From an uncultured Planctomycetota bacterium (GTDB taxonomy: Bacteria > Planctomycetota > Planctomycetia > Isosphaerales > Isosphaeraceae), in assembly GCA_963737655.1 (NCBI GenBank), contig CAVTTN010000002.1, forward strand, positions 5,920,001-5,984,000: a DNA stretch of 64,000 nt, written 5' to 3'. Shown here piece after piece: positions 63,146 through 64,000 of this stretch. The first letter of the stretch is position 1, and each line of letters starts with the position of its first letter. The translations under genes and the position numbers were made by a program. A model generated the notes under the pieces. The model had not been told where the DNA came from and did no database searches. It saw only the letters and a list, made by a program, of their open reading frames with translations.

Positions 63146-64000
63146 ATGATACCGAAGTCTCGATGGCTCGCGACGATCGCCGCCTCGCTCGGCCTGGCCG
63201 CGCTGACGCCCCACGACGCCCACGCCTCGGGAGCTCACCCTTTGCTCGCCCCGCTTTCGAACGAAGAGGCCTGGAAAGCGATGCCGCCGGCCGAGGTCGG
63301 CTCGGGCAAGCCGCTCCCGTCATGGGCCCGGATGCTCGCGCGATCGCTCCCGCGCACCACGGCCGCGATCCTGCGACTCGACTACGCCCAGAGGGCCCGG
63401 AGCCCGCTCGACCCGAAGCTCCGCGCCGCCATGCGGTTCGTCGCGGCCCGCGCGAACGGATCGACCTATGGCGAAACCTACGCCGCCTCCGACGCCACCC
63501 GCGCCGGGCTCGACAAGACGGCCCTGGTCGCGCCGGCCCCGGACTTCACCCTCCCGAAGGCCGACGGGACCGGCGACGTGACGCTCTCGATGCTCGTCGG
63601 GTCGAGGCCCGTGGTGCTGATCTTCGGCACCTTCACTTGCGGCCCCTTCCGGGCCCAGGCCGGGAACATCGAGAAGCTGTACGAGCGCTACAAGGACCGC
63701 GCGGAGTTCGTCATGGTCTACGTGCGAGAGCCCCACCCGACGGACGGCTGGAGGATGGAGAACAACGATCGGGTCGGCGTGGCCCGGACGTGCAGCCGGT
63801 CCCTCCGGCTTTGCTTCCCGATCCTCGTTGACACGATGGACGACGCGGCGAACAACCTCTCCAGCGGCCTCCCCGGCCGCCTCTACCTGATCGACCTCGG
63901 CGGCAAGGTGGCCTTCAAGAACGGCCGAGGCCCGTTCGGGTTCAAGCTCGCCGAGCTGGAGCAATCCCTGATCCTGCTGCTGAGGCAGGACGAGTCCGCG
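63146..64000 (+). CDS. Exported AhpD-like/deiodinase-like (thioredoxin fold) protein, probably internally deleted, runs off the window
   Basis: Manual translation is open for 285 codons: signal peptide, LPRTTAAILRLD..LDPKLRAAMRFVAARANG, then APDFTL..PVVLIFGTFTCGPFR..VYVREPHPTDGW..LVDTMDD..PGRLYLID. Confidence 0.75.
   Translation, partial: MIPKSRWLATIAASLGLAALTPHDAHASGAHPLLAPLSNEEAWKAMPPAEVGSGKPLPSWARMLARSLPRTTAAILRLDYAQRARSPLDPKLRAAMRFVAARANGSTYGETYAASDATRAGLDKTALVAPAPDFTLPKADGTGDVTLSMLVGSRPVVLIFGTFTCGPFRAQAGNIEKLYERYKDRAEFVMVYVREPHPTDGWRMENNDRVGVARTCSRSLRLCFPILVDTMDDAANNLSSGLPGRLYLIDLGGKVAFKNGRGPFGFKLAELEQSLILLLRQDESA

Overview
Very GC-rich bacterial DNA, probably Planctomycetota/Isosphaeraceae (inferred from a DUF1559 prepilin-type gene, an Ig-repeat surface protein and a DUF1257/DUF2997/AAA module). 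Most of the window is a defence island. In order: (i) the left end of an IS3 element interrupting an Ig-like repeat gene; (ii) a ~24 kb cluster of four STAND NTPase-TPR genes, each with an N-terminal HEPN-like domain, mixed with a phosphotransferase-HD fusion, a DHH/MYG1-like phosphoesterase fused to a CorA-like membrane tail, a LysR regulator, a NUDIX-like/cupin protein and a polysaccharide deacetylase; (iii) a decayed DUF1257-DUF2997-AAA module; (iv) a disrupted Druantia-like pair (partner + DruE-like helicase-DUF1998); (v) WYL + complete type I-C CRISPR-Cas with 42 repeats; (vi) a tRNA-Gly 3' fragment that looks like an att site; (vii) a second, convergent and divergent type I-C system with its own mini-array, a frameshifted cas3 and an IS5 just upstream; (viii) a decayed DUF1559/lipoprotein/deiodinase-like operon. 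Two candidates stand out. One is the STAND + kinase-HD + DHH-CorA cluster, a possible undescribed signalling-type defence system. The other is a solo CRISPR-repeat handle before cas5 whose 19-nt pseudo-spacer matches a TTC-PAM-flanked site 143 bp upstream, mismatched only at positions 6 and 12, which suggests Cascade autorepression. Family calls are by-eye motif recognition; no database search was run. Several single-base frameshifts could be sequencing errors.
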